DNA from: a virus
Lineage: Duplodnaviria > Caudoviricetes
IMG/VR virus record: IMGVR_UViG_3300029258_001409
Span: 1 to 61,408 of that record
Reading direction: 5' to 3' (one strand)
DNA: 61,408 bases
This document shows positions 36,357 through 44,967 of this stretch, one piece after another (within the stretch, counting starts at the first letter, position 1; each line of letters opens with the position of its first letter). Both the position numbers and the translations under genes were made by a program. The notes under the pieces were generated by a model. That model did not search any database. It had not been told where the DNA came from and saw only the letters and a list, made by a program, of their open reading frames with translations.

Positions 36357-36680
36357 ATGCTCGTTATCAAGGGCTGCACGGGTCATCTCTCGAAGCATGA
36401 CCCGGAGCATTGGGAAAAGGCCAAGAGAGCGGTCCAGAAGCAGTATGGGATCAGCTCCGGGGATCGCTTCTGGTCAATCGTCAATACGGTCTATCAGAAC
36501 ATGAGTCACTACATCCCGAAGGGCGAGAAGGGGAAGTACCGCTGGAAGCCCACCGGAGGGAAGACCTCCACCGGGATGCCGAAAGCGACGAAGGTGCGGA
36601 TCAAGAAGGCTCCCATCCGCAAACTGAAATCGAGGGTGAAGATCAAACCGGCGCCGGAGAAAGAGCGCCGGGCTGCGTAG
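36357..36680 (+). CDS. Small basic head-region protein, possibly ChaB-like
   Basis: WEKAKRAVQKQY...FWSIVNTVY helical hairpin; Lys-rich tail. Confidence 0.55.
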   Translation: MLVIKGCTGHLSKHDPEHWEKAKRAVQKQYGISSGDRFWSIVNTVYQNMSHYIPKGEKGKYRWKPTGGKTSTGMPKATKVRIKKAPIRKLKSRVKIKPAPEKERRAA

Positions 36681-36691
36681 GAGGGATCTCG

Positions 36692-38254
36692 ATGGATGGC
36701 AACCAGCTCTGGCAGATAATCAGCGGAATGATGGCCGCCCAGGGGGTCGAGGACATCCCGATCCAACTGACGGTCACGAAATCAGCCGAGGCCACGGATG
36801 ACGGTCCATGGCTGATCGAGGGAGAAGCAGGTGGAGATGGGTTGGATCTGATCCGAGAGTCGTTGGATATGGGCTTCATCGCCAAGACGCTCGGGTATCT
36901 GAAGGCCCATGGGAAACTCACTTGGGACCATTCCAACTTGCTCCACCCGGACCCGGAGAAGCGAGGAGTTGATCCCGAAGACCTGGTTGGAGAAATCAGG
37001 GATGCCGGGGTCAGAAAGGCTGCGGATGGATCGGTTGTGCTCTGGGTGAAGGGAGAGCTCAACAAGGCCAAGAAGAAGGCCCGGGATCTCTGGGACTACT
37101 TCAAGGGCGGTCAGAAGCTCGGAATGAGCATAGAGGGAATCCGACTGGCGACGAAGAACATGGTGGGCCAGGACGGACCCTTTTTGCGGCTCACGCCGCT
37201 TATCACCAACGTGGCTCTGACGTACAAGCCCATGTATCCGGGAACCTGGGCGATGGCGTTCAAGGCGCTGCACGATGGTAACGTGGAATCGGTGGTCGCT
37301 GGTTTGGCCCCCGACTCCGAAACCGGGTCAGATCTGACCCAGCAACAGGAGGGATTTCAGATGCAGAGAGGACAGGCAGGAACGGCGTTCGGGCTTCCGG
37401 GGGCAGTCGCACCGGGCGAGGCCGGACACGTTGCGGACCCGTCATTCCGGGAGCCGATGACGCTGCTTGAGGCGTTGACCAGCGTGTTGCAGCAGGGACT
37501 TCCGGCACTGAAAACGGTGTCGGGCGTTCTCGACGCCAATCGGGACCGGGAAATCATGGGCGATGCCGTGGCGGGCCTGGATGGCATGATCTTCCAGGTC
37601 ATGGAGGAGCTGGCCGTCATCAAGGCCATGATTTCATTCGAAGATCGCCATCCCGAGATTGCCGGGGATGCCACTCTCAAGGCCGCCGCCTTTTCCGGTG
37701 ACGGCGATGGGGATGGCGACGGCGACGAGGAGGGAAGCATCGAGGGCGACCTGGGCGGGGATGGCGACGAGGAGGGCGATGGAGGCGGAGAGGGAAGCGC
37801 CCCGACCGTCGGCGAGGATGTCATCAAGGCCGCCATGCAGCTTGGGGCCCACGCTGCCATGGAGAAAATGGAACCCGTTCTGAAGGCTCTCGGCGGTCGT
37901 CTCGAAGCGATTGAGGGGATGCCGGTGGAGCGTGCCGGAATCGGCGGATCGCCGGACGGTGAACCTCTCGGTCTCACCACTCCGCTGAATGCGGGTGGCG
38001 GAGCCGATGGCGGGTTGCCTCCGTGGCTGCCGCCGCAGCCCGGCGCCGGAATGCGCGGCGATACCGTCGCCCTCAAGAGCGGGCACAATGTCGCATTTTC
38101 CGACATCATGCGCGAAGCGTCCCGGGAGAACGGTTCTGTTCCCCCGGAGGCCGTTGCACACCTGGTCATGCGGAAGGGCGGCATGAAAGGCGGAGAGGAA
38201 TTGATCCCGGGTCTCGAAATTCCGGTGGCAGACGACTCGGCTCCCTGGGGCTAG
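36692..38254 (+). CDS. Prohead protease (HK97/S78-like) fused to scaffold
   Basis: IEGEA, DLIRE, WDH, VGEI, LWVKGEL, GMSIEG, NVALT..P; acidic scaffold; upstream of MCP. Confidence 0.8.
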   Translation: MDGNQLWQIISGMMAAQGVEDIPIQLTVTKSAEATDDGPWLIEGEAGGDGLDLIRESLDMGFIAKTLGYLKAHGKLTWDHSNLLHPDPEKRGVDPEDLVGEIRDAGVRKAADGSVVLWVKGELNKAKKKARDLWDYFKGGQKLGMSIEGIRLATKNMVGQDGPFLRLTPLITNVALTYKPMYPGTWAMAFKALHDGNVESVVAGLAPDSETGSDLTQQQEGFQMQRGQAGTAFGLPGAVAPGEAGHVADPSFREPMTLLEALTSVLQQGLPALKTVSGVLDANRDREIMGDAVAGLDGMIFQVMEELAVIKAMISFEDRHPEIAGDATLKAAAFSGDGDGDGDGDEEGSIEGDLGGDGDEEGDGGGEGSAPTVGEDVIKAAMQLGAHAAMEKMEPVLKALGGRLEAIEGMPVERAGIGGSPDGEPLGLTTPLNAGGGADGGLPPWLPPQPGAGMRGDTVALKSGHNVAFSDIMREASRENGSVPPEAVAHLVMRKGGMKGGEELIPGLEIPVADDSAPWG

Positions 38255-38326
38255 ATCGCTTGTCGGTGGAGTTTCGGTGAGTGTTCGTAGGTGATGTTCT
38301 GCAACACGAAATAGGAGGCTTGTTCC

Positions 38327-39772
38327 ATGTACAACACTCTGGCAGGACCGGGAGGGATCTCCGCACAGGTATCGGCGGACCCGACCCGGTGGGCGGCAAG
38401 GGCCGATGCTCTCGGGCTGGGCATGGCCCCCGACACATTGAAAGCCCTTACCACGGTGGGTGCGGACAGAACGCGCTCAACGCACGCCATGATCGGGGAG
38501 AGTCTGGACCCCGTTGTCAAGGTGCTGACCGCGCGCTCGCCGTACCACACACCCTTCCTGACCAGGCTGCGGACCCGTCGGGCATTCTCGACGGTTGAGG
38601 AGTTCAACCGCCTCACCAGCCTGGGAGACAAGGGTTCATTCATGCCGGAAGGTGCGCTTCCCCGAGAGGCCACCAGCCAGTATGAGCGGGCAGTCGCGAA
38701 CATGCGATTCGCCGGTCAGACGGGCGTTATCACGGGCCCGATGATGGCAGCGGCCCGCGCCAAGTTCGGCAACATGAAGTCAATCGAGATGGTGAACAGG
38801 ACGAACCGGATTCTCCTCGACACTGAGGATGCTCTTTTCTGGGGAAACTCCTCCACCATCCCCTACGCGTTCGATGGTGTGTTTGCCCAGATCGGAGCTG
38901 CGGGTGCGAATCACCTGAGCATTGATCTGCGCGGAAAACCCATCGACACCTACTACGTCAGTCGCGCGTGCCGGATGATCTGGCAGAGGCATGGGGTCCC
39001 GACTCTCATGATGTTCTCCCCGCGCGAGGAGGAGTACGTTTCCAGACTCCAGAATCCGCACCGGAGAATCGAGGGGACGGACGTTGGGCCGGTCACGGCA
39101 GGGATGGTGGTCAACAAGTTCAAGAGTCCGTTCGGGCTCGTGGACATGATCTATGACCTGTTCCTGGCCGAGCCGACCGAGCCGAGGACCGAAGCCGCAC
39201 AGTGCGAGGACATGGCTCCTCCGGTCATCAGTACGGTGGTTGCGGCGGCTGCCGCGTCCGAAGCCACATCCAAGCTCCCCGCGGGAAGCTACACCTACAG
39301 CGCGGCGGGCATCAATATGTTCGGAGAAGGCCCGGAGAAAGCCATTGTTGGCACGGTGGACCCGACTGCGGGACAGAAAGTCACAGTTACGATCCCGAGT
39401 GACGACAGCAACAGCGGCTATGTGACAAAGACCGAGTACGGCGTGACCTACGACAACAAGCCGACGGCATACAAGATTTACCGTGGGCTTGGCAGTGGGG
39501 CCCGCCAGTACGTCACAACGGTCGCATGGGCTGGGACGGGTGTGGATACGACCTATGTGGATCTCGATACCTATATGGCCGGGACCACGAGGGCGCTCGT
39601 CATGTCCGAAGCGGCAATCGCCCTGGCATACCTCCAGCGGCTCCAGACGTTTGATCTGGCGCGCGTGACGGATGCCGAGCGTTTCATGATCGTGCAGTAC
39701 CTGGGGCCGTTGGTGTATGCGCCTCAGTGGATTGTGGAGATTCTGAACATCGGAGAACCGCCCACTCCATAG
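38327..39772 (+). CDS. Major capsid protein (SPO1/Herelleviridae-like with Ig-like insertion)
   Basis: LKALTT...ESLD...STVEEF...EDALFWG..FDG; inserted YTYSAAG..GEG..YKIYRG domain. Confidence 0.9.
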   Translation: MYNTLAGPGGISAQVSADPTRWAARADALGLGMAPDTLKALTTVGADRTRSTHAMIGESLDPVVKVLTARSPYHTPFLTRLRTRRAFSTVEEFNRLTSLGDKGSFMPEGALPREATSQYERAVANMRFAGQTGVITGPMMAAARAKFGNMKSIEMVNRTNRILLDTEDALFWGNSSTIPYAFDGVFAQIGAAGANHLSIDLRGKPIDTYYVSRACRMIWQRHGVPTLMMFSPREEEYVSRLQNPHRRIEGTDVGPVTAGMVVNKFKSPFGLVDMIYDLFLAEPTEPRTEAAQCEDMAPPVISTVVAAAAASEATSKLPAGSYTYSAAGINMFGEGPEKAIVGTVDPTAGQKVTVTIPSDDSNSGYVTKTEYGVTYDNKPTAYKIYRGLGSGARQYVTTVAWAGTGVDTTYVDLDTYMAGTTRALVMSEAAIALAYLQRLQTFDLARVTDAERFMIVQYLGPLVYAPQWIVEILNIGEPPTP

Positions 39773-39812
39773 GTGTTCAATGGGCGGTAGCCCGCACCTG
39801 TGAAGTGATTCC

Positions 39813-39842
39813 GGGAGCGGGGGCCGTGGTGTCCCCGCTCCC
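39813..39842 (+). terminator. GC hairpin after MCP (terminator or mRNA stabiliser)
   Basis: gggagcgggg/ccccgctccc 10-bp stem; no U tract. Confidence 0.4.
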
Positions 39843-39852
39843 AGGAGTAATC

Positions 39853-40362
39853 GTGCAGCAGCGCATACAGCCGGAAGTGGATTTCGAACTGGAAGCAGCC
39901 CTCGATGAAGTCAACCAGGAGGGGAAACCACCTGGGCCCATGCTTGGGCGATGGCTTGGGATGGAGAATGTACTGCGACTCCCGGCAGAGCAGGCAATCC
40001 AGCTCTTGCAGTATCAGGATGATCCCATCCGACTGAATAAATGGATTCAGGCGGAATGCGACCAGAGGAACCCGCCACCGGATAGAAGAATGGTCACAGA
40101 GGCCATGCTGGCACACCTGACGAGGATTCAGACAAACTCCCAGGATGTCCAGACCGGCCTACGCTTGATGTCGATGAGAGGAGGGGGAATCAATGTCTCT
40201 TTTCGTGAAGTTGGACGAGCGGCAATGGGTGGGATCAATGGGCGGATCGTTACCCCAGGGGCCGCCCCTGCCGGACAGGGTAGCCATTATCTGTATCGAG
40301 GGGAAGACCCACAAGATCCAGTTCGTGGGCCACGTCGCAGAAGTGACGAAGGCGGAAGCTGA
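39853..40362 (+). CDS. Hypothetical protein
   Basis: AGGAG RBS before GTG 39853. Confidence 0.5.
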   Translation: MQQRIQPEVDFELEAALDEVNQEGKPPGPMLGRWLGMENVLRLPAEQAIQLLQYQDDPIRLNKWIQAECDQRNPPPDRRMVTEAMLAHLTRIQTNSQDVQTGLRLMSMRGGGINVSFREVGRAAMGGINGRIVTPGAAPAGQGSHYLYRGEDPQDPVRGPRRRSDEGGS

Positions 40363-40645
40363 CCACCTGACGACGAACTTCCCGTACTACAAGATCGTCC
40401 AGAAGCCGAAGGGCTTCGAGGCGCCCAAGGTCGAGGGCGAGTCCGACGGGGCCGGTGAATCGACCGAGGGTACGGGCGAGGATGGCGGAGAGGGCACCAG
40501 CGACTCGGGTGATGGTGAGGGCGAGCCCAAGGAACCGACGGAGCATCCGAAAAAGGAAACCAGGACCACCACGGAGACGGGTCCTGGTGCTCCCTCCGGT
40601 GGCAAGGGGAAGGGGAAGGACAAGCCCGCCGACAAAAAGAAGTAG
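40193..40645 (+). CDS. Hypothetical protein with low-complexity tail
   Basis: GGAGG RBS; G/E/K-rich C-terminus. Confidence 0.6.
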   Translation: MSLFVKLDERQWVGSMGGSLPQGPPLPDRVAIICIEGKTHKIQFVGHVAEVTKAEADHLTTNFPYYKIVQKPKGFEAPKVEGESDGAGESTEGTGEDGGEGTSDSGDGEGEPKEPTEHPKKETRTTTETGPGAPSGGKGKGKDKPADKKK

Positions 40646-40709
40646 GGGCAACGGGGATCTCGATGCGTAGAGCCGGGCAACAATGCTCAGATGATTCTGC
40701 GCGTGACAC

Positions 40710-41162
40710 GTGGAGGAATTGACGATGACTATGCGGCAGCAGGTAAGCATGGAGAAGCTGATTCGGTCATGCCCGACGCTCAATGGGCACCAGGCGGCCC
40801 AGCTTTTCGAGCAGTTCGTCTCAATCTGTGTCTGGGATGACGAGCTGGCGGCGGATCAGGTCCTCCTGGTCCTGCCGAAGGTGGCCTTCGATTATGAGAT
40901 CGTTGGCTACAATGTGTTCGTGACAACGGCGCCGACCACGTCGGCCCTGAAGTTCGCCTTCAAGGACGGCGTTGTCGAGAATACGGACCACGTCCCGGAG
41001 ATCGCCGCTACTGAGACCAGCGTGGCCTGGCGGGTGGGCGACGATTCGAAGGCGGCCATTGCGGTGACCGCGGGCAACGCGCTCACCATGTTCGTGAAGG
41101 CGGTCGGCTCGGGTACGGCTGGTGGGTATCCGAACATCACGCTGACCATTCGCAGGAAGTAG
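40710..41162 (+). CDS. Putative virion beta-sandwich protein (head decoration)
   Basis: Beta-rich A/V/T composition; position after MCP. Confidence 0.5.
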   Translation: MEELTMTMRQQVSMEKLIRSCPTLNGHQAAQLFEQFVSICVWDDELAADQVLLVLPKVAFDYEIVGYNVFVTTAPTTSALKFAFKDGVVENTDHVPEIAATETSVAWRVGDDSKAAIAVTAGNALTMFVKAVGSGTAGGYPNITLTIRRK

Positions 41163-41169
41163 GTGGACC

Positions 41170-41538
41170 ATGCACAACAGTATGCTGGCCTTCGTCGAGT
41201 CGCTGTACCGCGGCGAGCCGGTTAACTACTACAAGGCTACTGGCGGCGGGGCGCCGTCCGAAGCAGTCGTTGTGGCCGCCTCGGATGCGAATGAAATCAT
41301 CACGATCCTTGCTATCCGCGTGGCCGTGTCCGGCGCTACGACCATCACGATCGAGTCGAAGGGCGAATCTGACAGCGTGACGCTGTTCAAGGGGGAGTGT
41401 TCTACCTCCCACGGCATTGATTGGGTGGTCCCCGACCGGCGCACTCGTAAGGGAGACTCAATTGTCCTGACGAGCAGCGCGGATGAGTCGATTTCGGTGA
41501 CGGCAAGTATCGGACGCAGGCAGGACGTGGACTCGTAG
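41170..41538 (+). CDS. Putative virion protein
   Basis: Beta-rich; in structural operon. Confidence 0.5.
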   Translation: MHNSMLAFVESLYRGEPVNYYKATGGGAPSEAVVVAASDANEIITILAIRVAVSGATTITIESKGESDSVTLFKGECSTSHGIDWVVPDRRTRKGDSIVLTSSADESISVTASIGRRQDVDS

Positions 41539-41545
41539 AAGGGGG

Positions 41546-42538
41546 GTGGTCTGCTTGGCTGCCCTTGTGTTCTGGAGGACGCCCTGTGGCGGAGTCGATG
41601 ATGCCGAGAAAGACGCGTACTGGATTGAAGTATCCCAGCGCGCGAGGGGTTCAGCAGACGATTGGGTAGTGCTCGACGGGCGCATTCCGCTCCTGGATAA
41701 GTCGGACAATTTCACGACGATGTACCACGATGCCGACGGAGTAGCACCAGGAGAGGAAGGCGAGCGGGAGTATCGCGTTCGTTTTCTCAATCGCGTTGGC
41801 GGGGAAATTCCTGGAACAACCCCGATCAGTCCGATTTATGGTGTCGAACCCGAGGGCATCACTCCGCTGGATGTGCGGAAGATGTGCCAGGGCCTCGACA
41901 TCGGAGAGACCACGGACGATTGGATTCACGATCGCATCGTGGGTGCCCGCTTCTGGCTGGAGAGCATGATCCGAAAGAAGATGGTGCCCACCACCAAGCA
42001 TGAGGAGCAAGACGGCACTGGGGCCCCGTGTGTACATCTCATGGAACGCCCACTCATTTCGGTGGAGCGGTTCTATCTCGAAGTCGCCCAGGTGGGTTTC
42101 CAGATGGAGATCCCGCTGGATTGGCTGCGCATAGACAATGAGATTTCCTACGTGACGGTGATCTTCCCAGCTCACGCTCAGGCAATGCTTATGGGCACCG
42201 GGATGCCGTTTCCTTACTCACAGGGCCTCGCTACGTTCGCTCCGATCCGTCACCTGATCCGGGTGGACTACACACACGGGCTCAGCCCCGTGCCCCCGAA
42301 TCTCAGGGAGGCATGGCTGAAGCAGTCTGCGATCGAGGTCCTCCAGGTGGTCGGAGATGCCAAGGGTGGCGGGATCGCGTCGAAAGCGATGGACGGTGTA
42401 AGTGTCTCCTACACGGCTAGCGCGACCACACATCTCTACTCGGCAAGAATCAAATGGTATCAGGACGACATCGCACGGATTCTGGCGAGACTCGATGAAG
42501 TGTTTTACACGGTTGGGAAGCTCAGGTGGCCCGGATGA
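41546..42538 (+). CDS. Head-tail adaptor
   Basis: IRVDYTHG..P..L...GIASKAMDGVSVSY...YSARI. Confidence 0.75.
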   Translation: MVCLAALVFWRTPCGGVDDAEKDAYWIEVSQRARGSADDWVVLDGRIPLLDKSDNFTTMYHDADGVAPGEEGEREYRVRFLNRVGGEIPGTTPISPIYGVEPEGITPLDVRKMCQGLDIGETTDDWIHDRIVGARFWLESMIRKKMVPTTKHEEQDGTGAPCVHLMERPLISVERFYLEVAQVGFQMEIPLDWLRIDNEISYVTVIFPAHAQAMLMGTGMPFPYSQGLATFAPIRHLIRVDYTHGLSPVPPNLREAWLKQSAIEVLQVVGDAKGGGIASKAMDGVSVSYTASATTHLYSARIKWYQDDIARILARLDEVFYTVGKLRWPG

Positions 42539-43287
42539 AGTCTCTACCATGCCAGAGGTTTGATCGCTCGAAGATCCGGCCCCATGCCTTCACTAGGAGG
42601 GAGGGGCGGTCGGACGATGATGCGTTCATCGACTTCCATGGTGTCCTTGCAACCTGGGAGAAGTCGATGCGCTGTGGCTGTATCTCGAAAAGCGGACAGC
42701 CGGACTATCGCTGTCCTACATGCTTCGGGTCTGGGTGGTCCTACTATGATCCGGTGCTGGTCAAGATCATCATCACGGGGATTTCGCTCAGGAAGCAGCT
42801 CCGGGAGGCCGGGGAGTTCCAGCCCGGTTTCGCCCAGGGGTCTCTCAGCGCCAGGCACAAAGTAGGTCCGCATGACCGCTTCACGATCGAGAGTCGGCTG
42901 GTTATCACTGTGGACCCGATGACGCGGGGCACCGATGAGATGGATGCGATCCGGTATCCGCAAACAGCGATCCAGGACATCCTCTCTATCCGGGATGCCA
43001 ACGGCGTCTACCTGGAGATGGGGAAAACATCTGAGGGGGAGACCGCTGATTTCCGAAGGTTCGGGAATACGATTCATTGGCTTCCGGGCGCCCGGGCCCC
43101 GGAGGAGGGATCGGTCTACAGCGTCCGGTTCGAGCATTATCCGATCTTTGTTGTCATCAATCCGCCGCAGGCCCGCGGAGAGGCTGAGGAGCAGTTCCCG
43201 TGGAAGCTGGACCTGAGACGGTTGGAGTACATGAGGGGCGAGACCGCCATCTCGGGCGGTAGGCCAGGGGGTACGGTGATTCGATAA
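42526..43287 (+). CDS. Head closure / neck protein
   Basis: WEKSMRCGC...CPTCFGSGW; synteny. Confidence 0.7.
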   Translation: MARMKSLPCQRFDRSKIRPHAFTRREGRSDDDAFIDFHGVLATWEKSMRCGCISKSGQPDYRCPTCFGSGWSYYDPVLVKIIITGISLRKQLREAGEFQPGFAQGSLSARHKVGPHDRFTIESRLVITVDPMTRGTDEMDAIRYPQTAIQDILSIRDANGVYLEMGKTSEGETADFRRFGNTIHWLPGARAPEEGSVYSVRFEHYPIFVVINPPQARGEAEEQFPWKLDLRRLEYMRGETAISGGRPGGTVIR

Positions 43288-43970
43288 TGTACACCATTCG
43301 CGTATCCGTGGATTATGCCAAGCTGACGCGTGCTGCACTTCGAGCGGGAACGCCGATGGTGGAGACGGAGGCCGCTGTACGCAAGGCGGCGCTATTCGCC
43401 CAGAGGAAGTTCCAGGAGAACCTTGGGGACAAGGGAGGAAAGCACGTCACCTGGTCGGGCGGGTCCTTTGTGATCCACAAGGTCACGGGGACCTACCAGG
43501 GATCAATCACGATGATCTGGCCCTTCGAGGGGATGACAACGCAGGCATGGGTGGGGCCTCGTGGCTGCGCCTATGCGAGTGCGATCGAGAAGGGCTACGA
43601 GGGGTTCAGCATCAAAGACCGGATGCTGGCGACCTCTCCCAAGGTGAAACATACGAAGGACGGACACCGATACATCATCATTCCGCTTTGGTACAAGGGC
43701 GGGAAGAAAAGGGCCAAGGCGGAGTTCGGGAGCACAGAGGAGGCGGCCAGGCATGGCGTAGTTCGAACGTCCAGGAAGCGGTTCCACTCGCAGTGGACGA
43801 AATTCAGAGTCATGAGCGATCGTCCTGGGTCGGCGAAGTGGTTCCATCCAGGTGCGGACCCGAGACCCGTCGGGAGGGCAACGATGGAGTTCGTAAGGCC
43901 GCAGTATGAAATGCTCGTGAAGACGGGGCTGGCAAAGGATCTGAAACGCATCGTATCTGGGGGGGCCTGA
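43287..43970 (+). CDS. Neck / tail completion protein
   Basis: TGTYQGSI, YASAIEKG, YIIIPL, WFHPG; synteny. Confidence 0.65.
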   Translation: MYTIRVSVDYAKLTRAALRAGTPMVETEAAVRKAALFAQRKFQENLGDKGGKHVTWSGGSFVIHKVTGTYQGSITMIWPFEGMTTQAWVGPRGCAYASAIEKGYEGFSIKDRMLATSPKVKHTKDGHRYIIIPLWYKGGKKRAKAEFGSTEEAARHGVVRTSRKRFHSQWTKFRVMSDRPGSAKWFHPGADPRPVGRATMEFVRPQYEMLVKTGLAKDLKRIVSGGA

Positions 43971-44584
43971 TGGCAATTACCCTGATTGGTGGATTCGACG
44001 CAGACCTGAAGGGCTTTGTCTATGACGTATTCGAGGCCCTCTTGGAGGCAGACGAGCGCCCACCACTAACCCAGATTCTTGCCGATCAGGAGCTTGCCCA
44101 GAGATTGACCGGACAGGAGATTCACCTGAAGCGGACAGCCGCGCTCACGCCATTCGATATACCCGCTATCGTGATCCGGCTGCTTCCCGAGACGCCCACT
44201 GAGGAGTTCATCGGAATGGGCATTGAGGAGGAGCGGCAGGCCAACGTCGATGGCAAGTGGGAGGCCCATTTCGGGGCCCGCTACCGGATGGCGGTAGCAC
44301 TCGATTGCGTGAGTCTGAATTCCAAGCTTCGGGATGATCTCTACCGGCTGCTGAAGGTCCTGGCAATGATCGCTGCCTACAACATTTCCCGGGACAAGTC
44401 ATGCGGTCTTCAGAACCCGCGGCTTCTTCCCCAGGGAGAGGGACAAGATGAATTCGCCGAGGACCCCAACATCGTCTATCACGCATCGGTAGTTCTTGAG
44501 GCCGAGTACGAGCTGGGCGTTACGGATGCGGCGGATGCGGTAGGCACCGTGCAAGTTGGAACGATAACCCCGACACAGGGATAG
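43970..44584 (+). CDS. Tail terminator-like protein
   Basis: Synteny; PAIVIRL...LRDDLY. Confidence 0.55.
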   Translation: MAITLIGGFDADLKGFVYDVFEALLEADERPPLTQILADQELAQRLTGQEIHLKRTAALTPFDIPAIVIRLLPETPTEEFIGMGIEEERQANVDGKWEAHFGARYRMAVALDCVSLNSKLRDDLYRLLKVLAMIAAYNISRDKSCGLQNPRLLPQGEGQDEFAEDPNIVYHASVVLEAEYELGVTDAADAVGTVQVGTITPTQG

Positions 44585-44592
44585 GGGGCACC

Positions 44593-44967
44593 ATGACCAC
44601 ATCTGAGGAAACGACGAGGGGGCCTTCACTCACGACCTGGCAGGAGTTCTGCCATCGAGCGGGACTGCCGCCTGCCGCTGCGGGCGGATTCATCGCTACG
44701 GTTGGCAAGACGATGCGACCCAGGGCGGAGTGGAAGCGATTGTTGGAGGCGTACCGGCAGTGGCCGGTGGGCAAACACACATGGGACGAATGGCTGGCTA
44801 GCTGGCTGGAGGCCCACAAAAGCGAGGTGACGAATCGTGCCGACGTTTCAGGGAAAGACCTATCTGGTTCCGCAAGCAGTGGCTCACGTGGACGTAAGCG
44901 CAGCGGCCAAGGGGGCGCTGGGGCTGCTAAACGTGGCAGCGGTGATCGGGGAAGCGACGGGCGGTAA
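44593..44967 (+). CDS. Small hypothetical protein before sheath
   Basis: AGGGGG RBS; 3' end overlaps sheath. Confidence 0.45.
   Translation: MTTSEETTRGPSLTTWQEFCHRAGLPPAAAGGFIATVGKTMRPRAEWKRLLEAYRQWPVGKHTWDEWLASWLEAHKSEVTNRADVSGKDLSGSASSGSRGRKRSGQGGAGAAKRGSGDRGSDGR

Noticed and set aside
37695-37800. GDGDGD / GGCGAC low-complexity tract
   Set aside because: Acidic linker of the scaffold region
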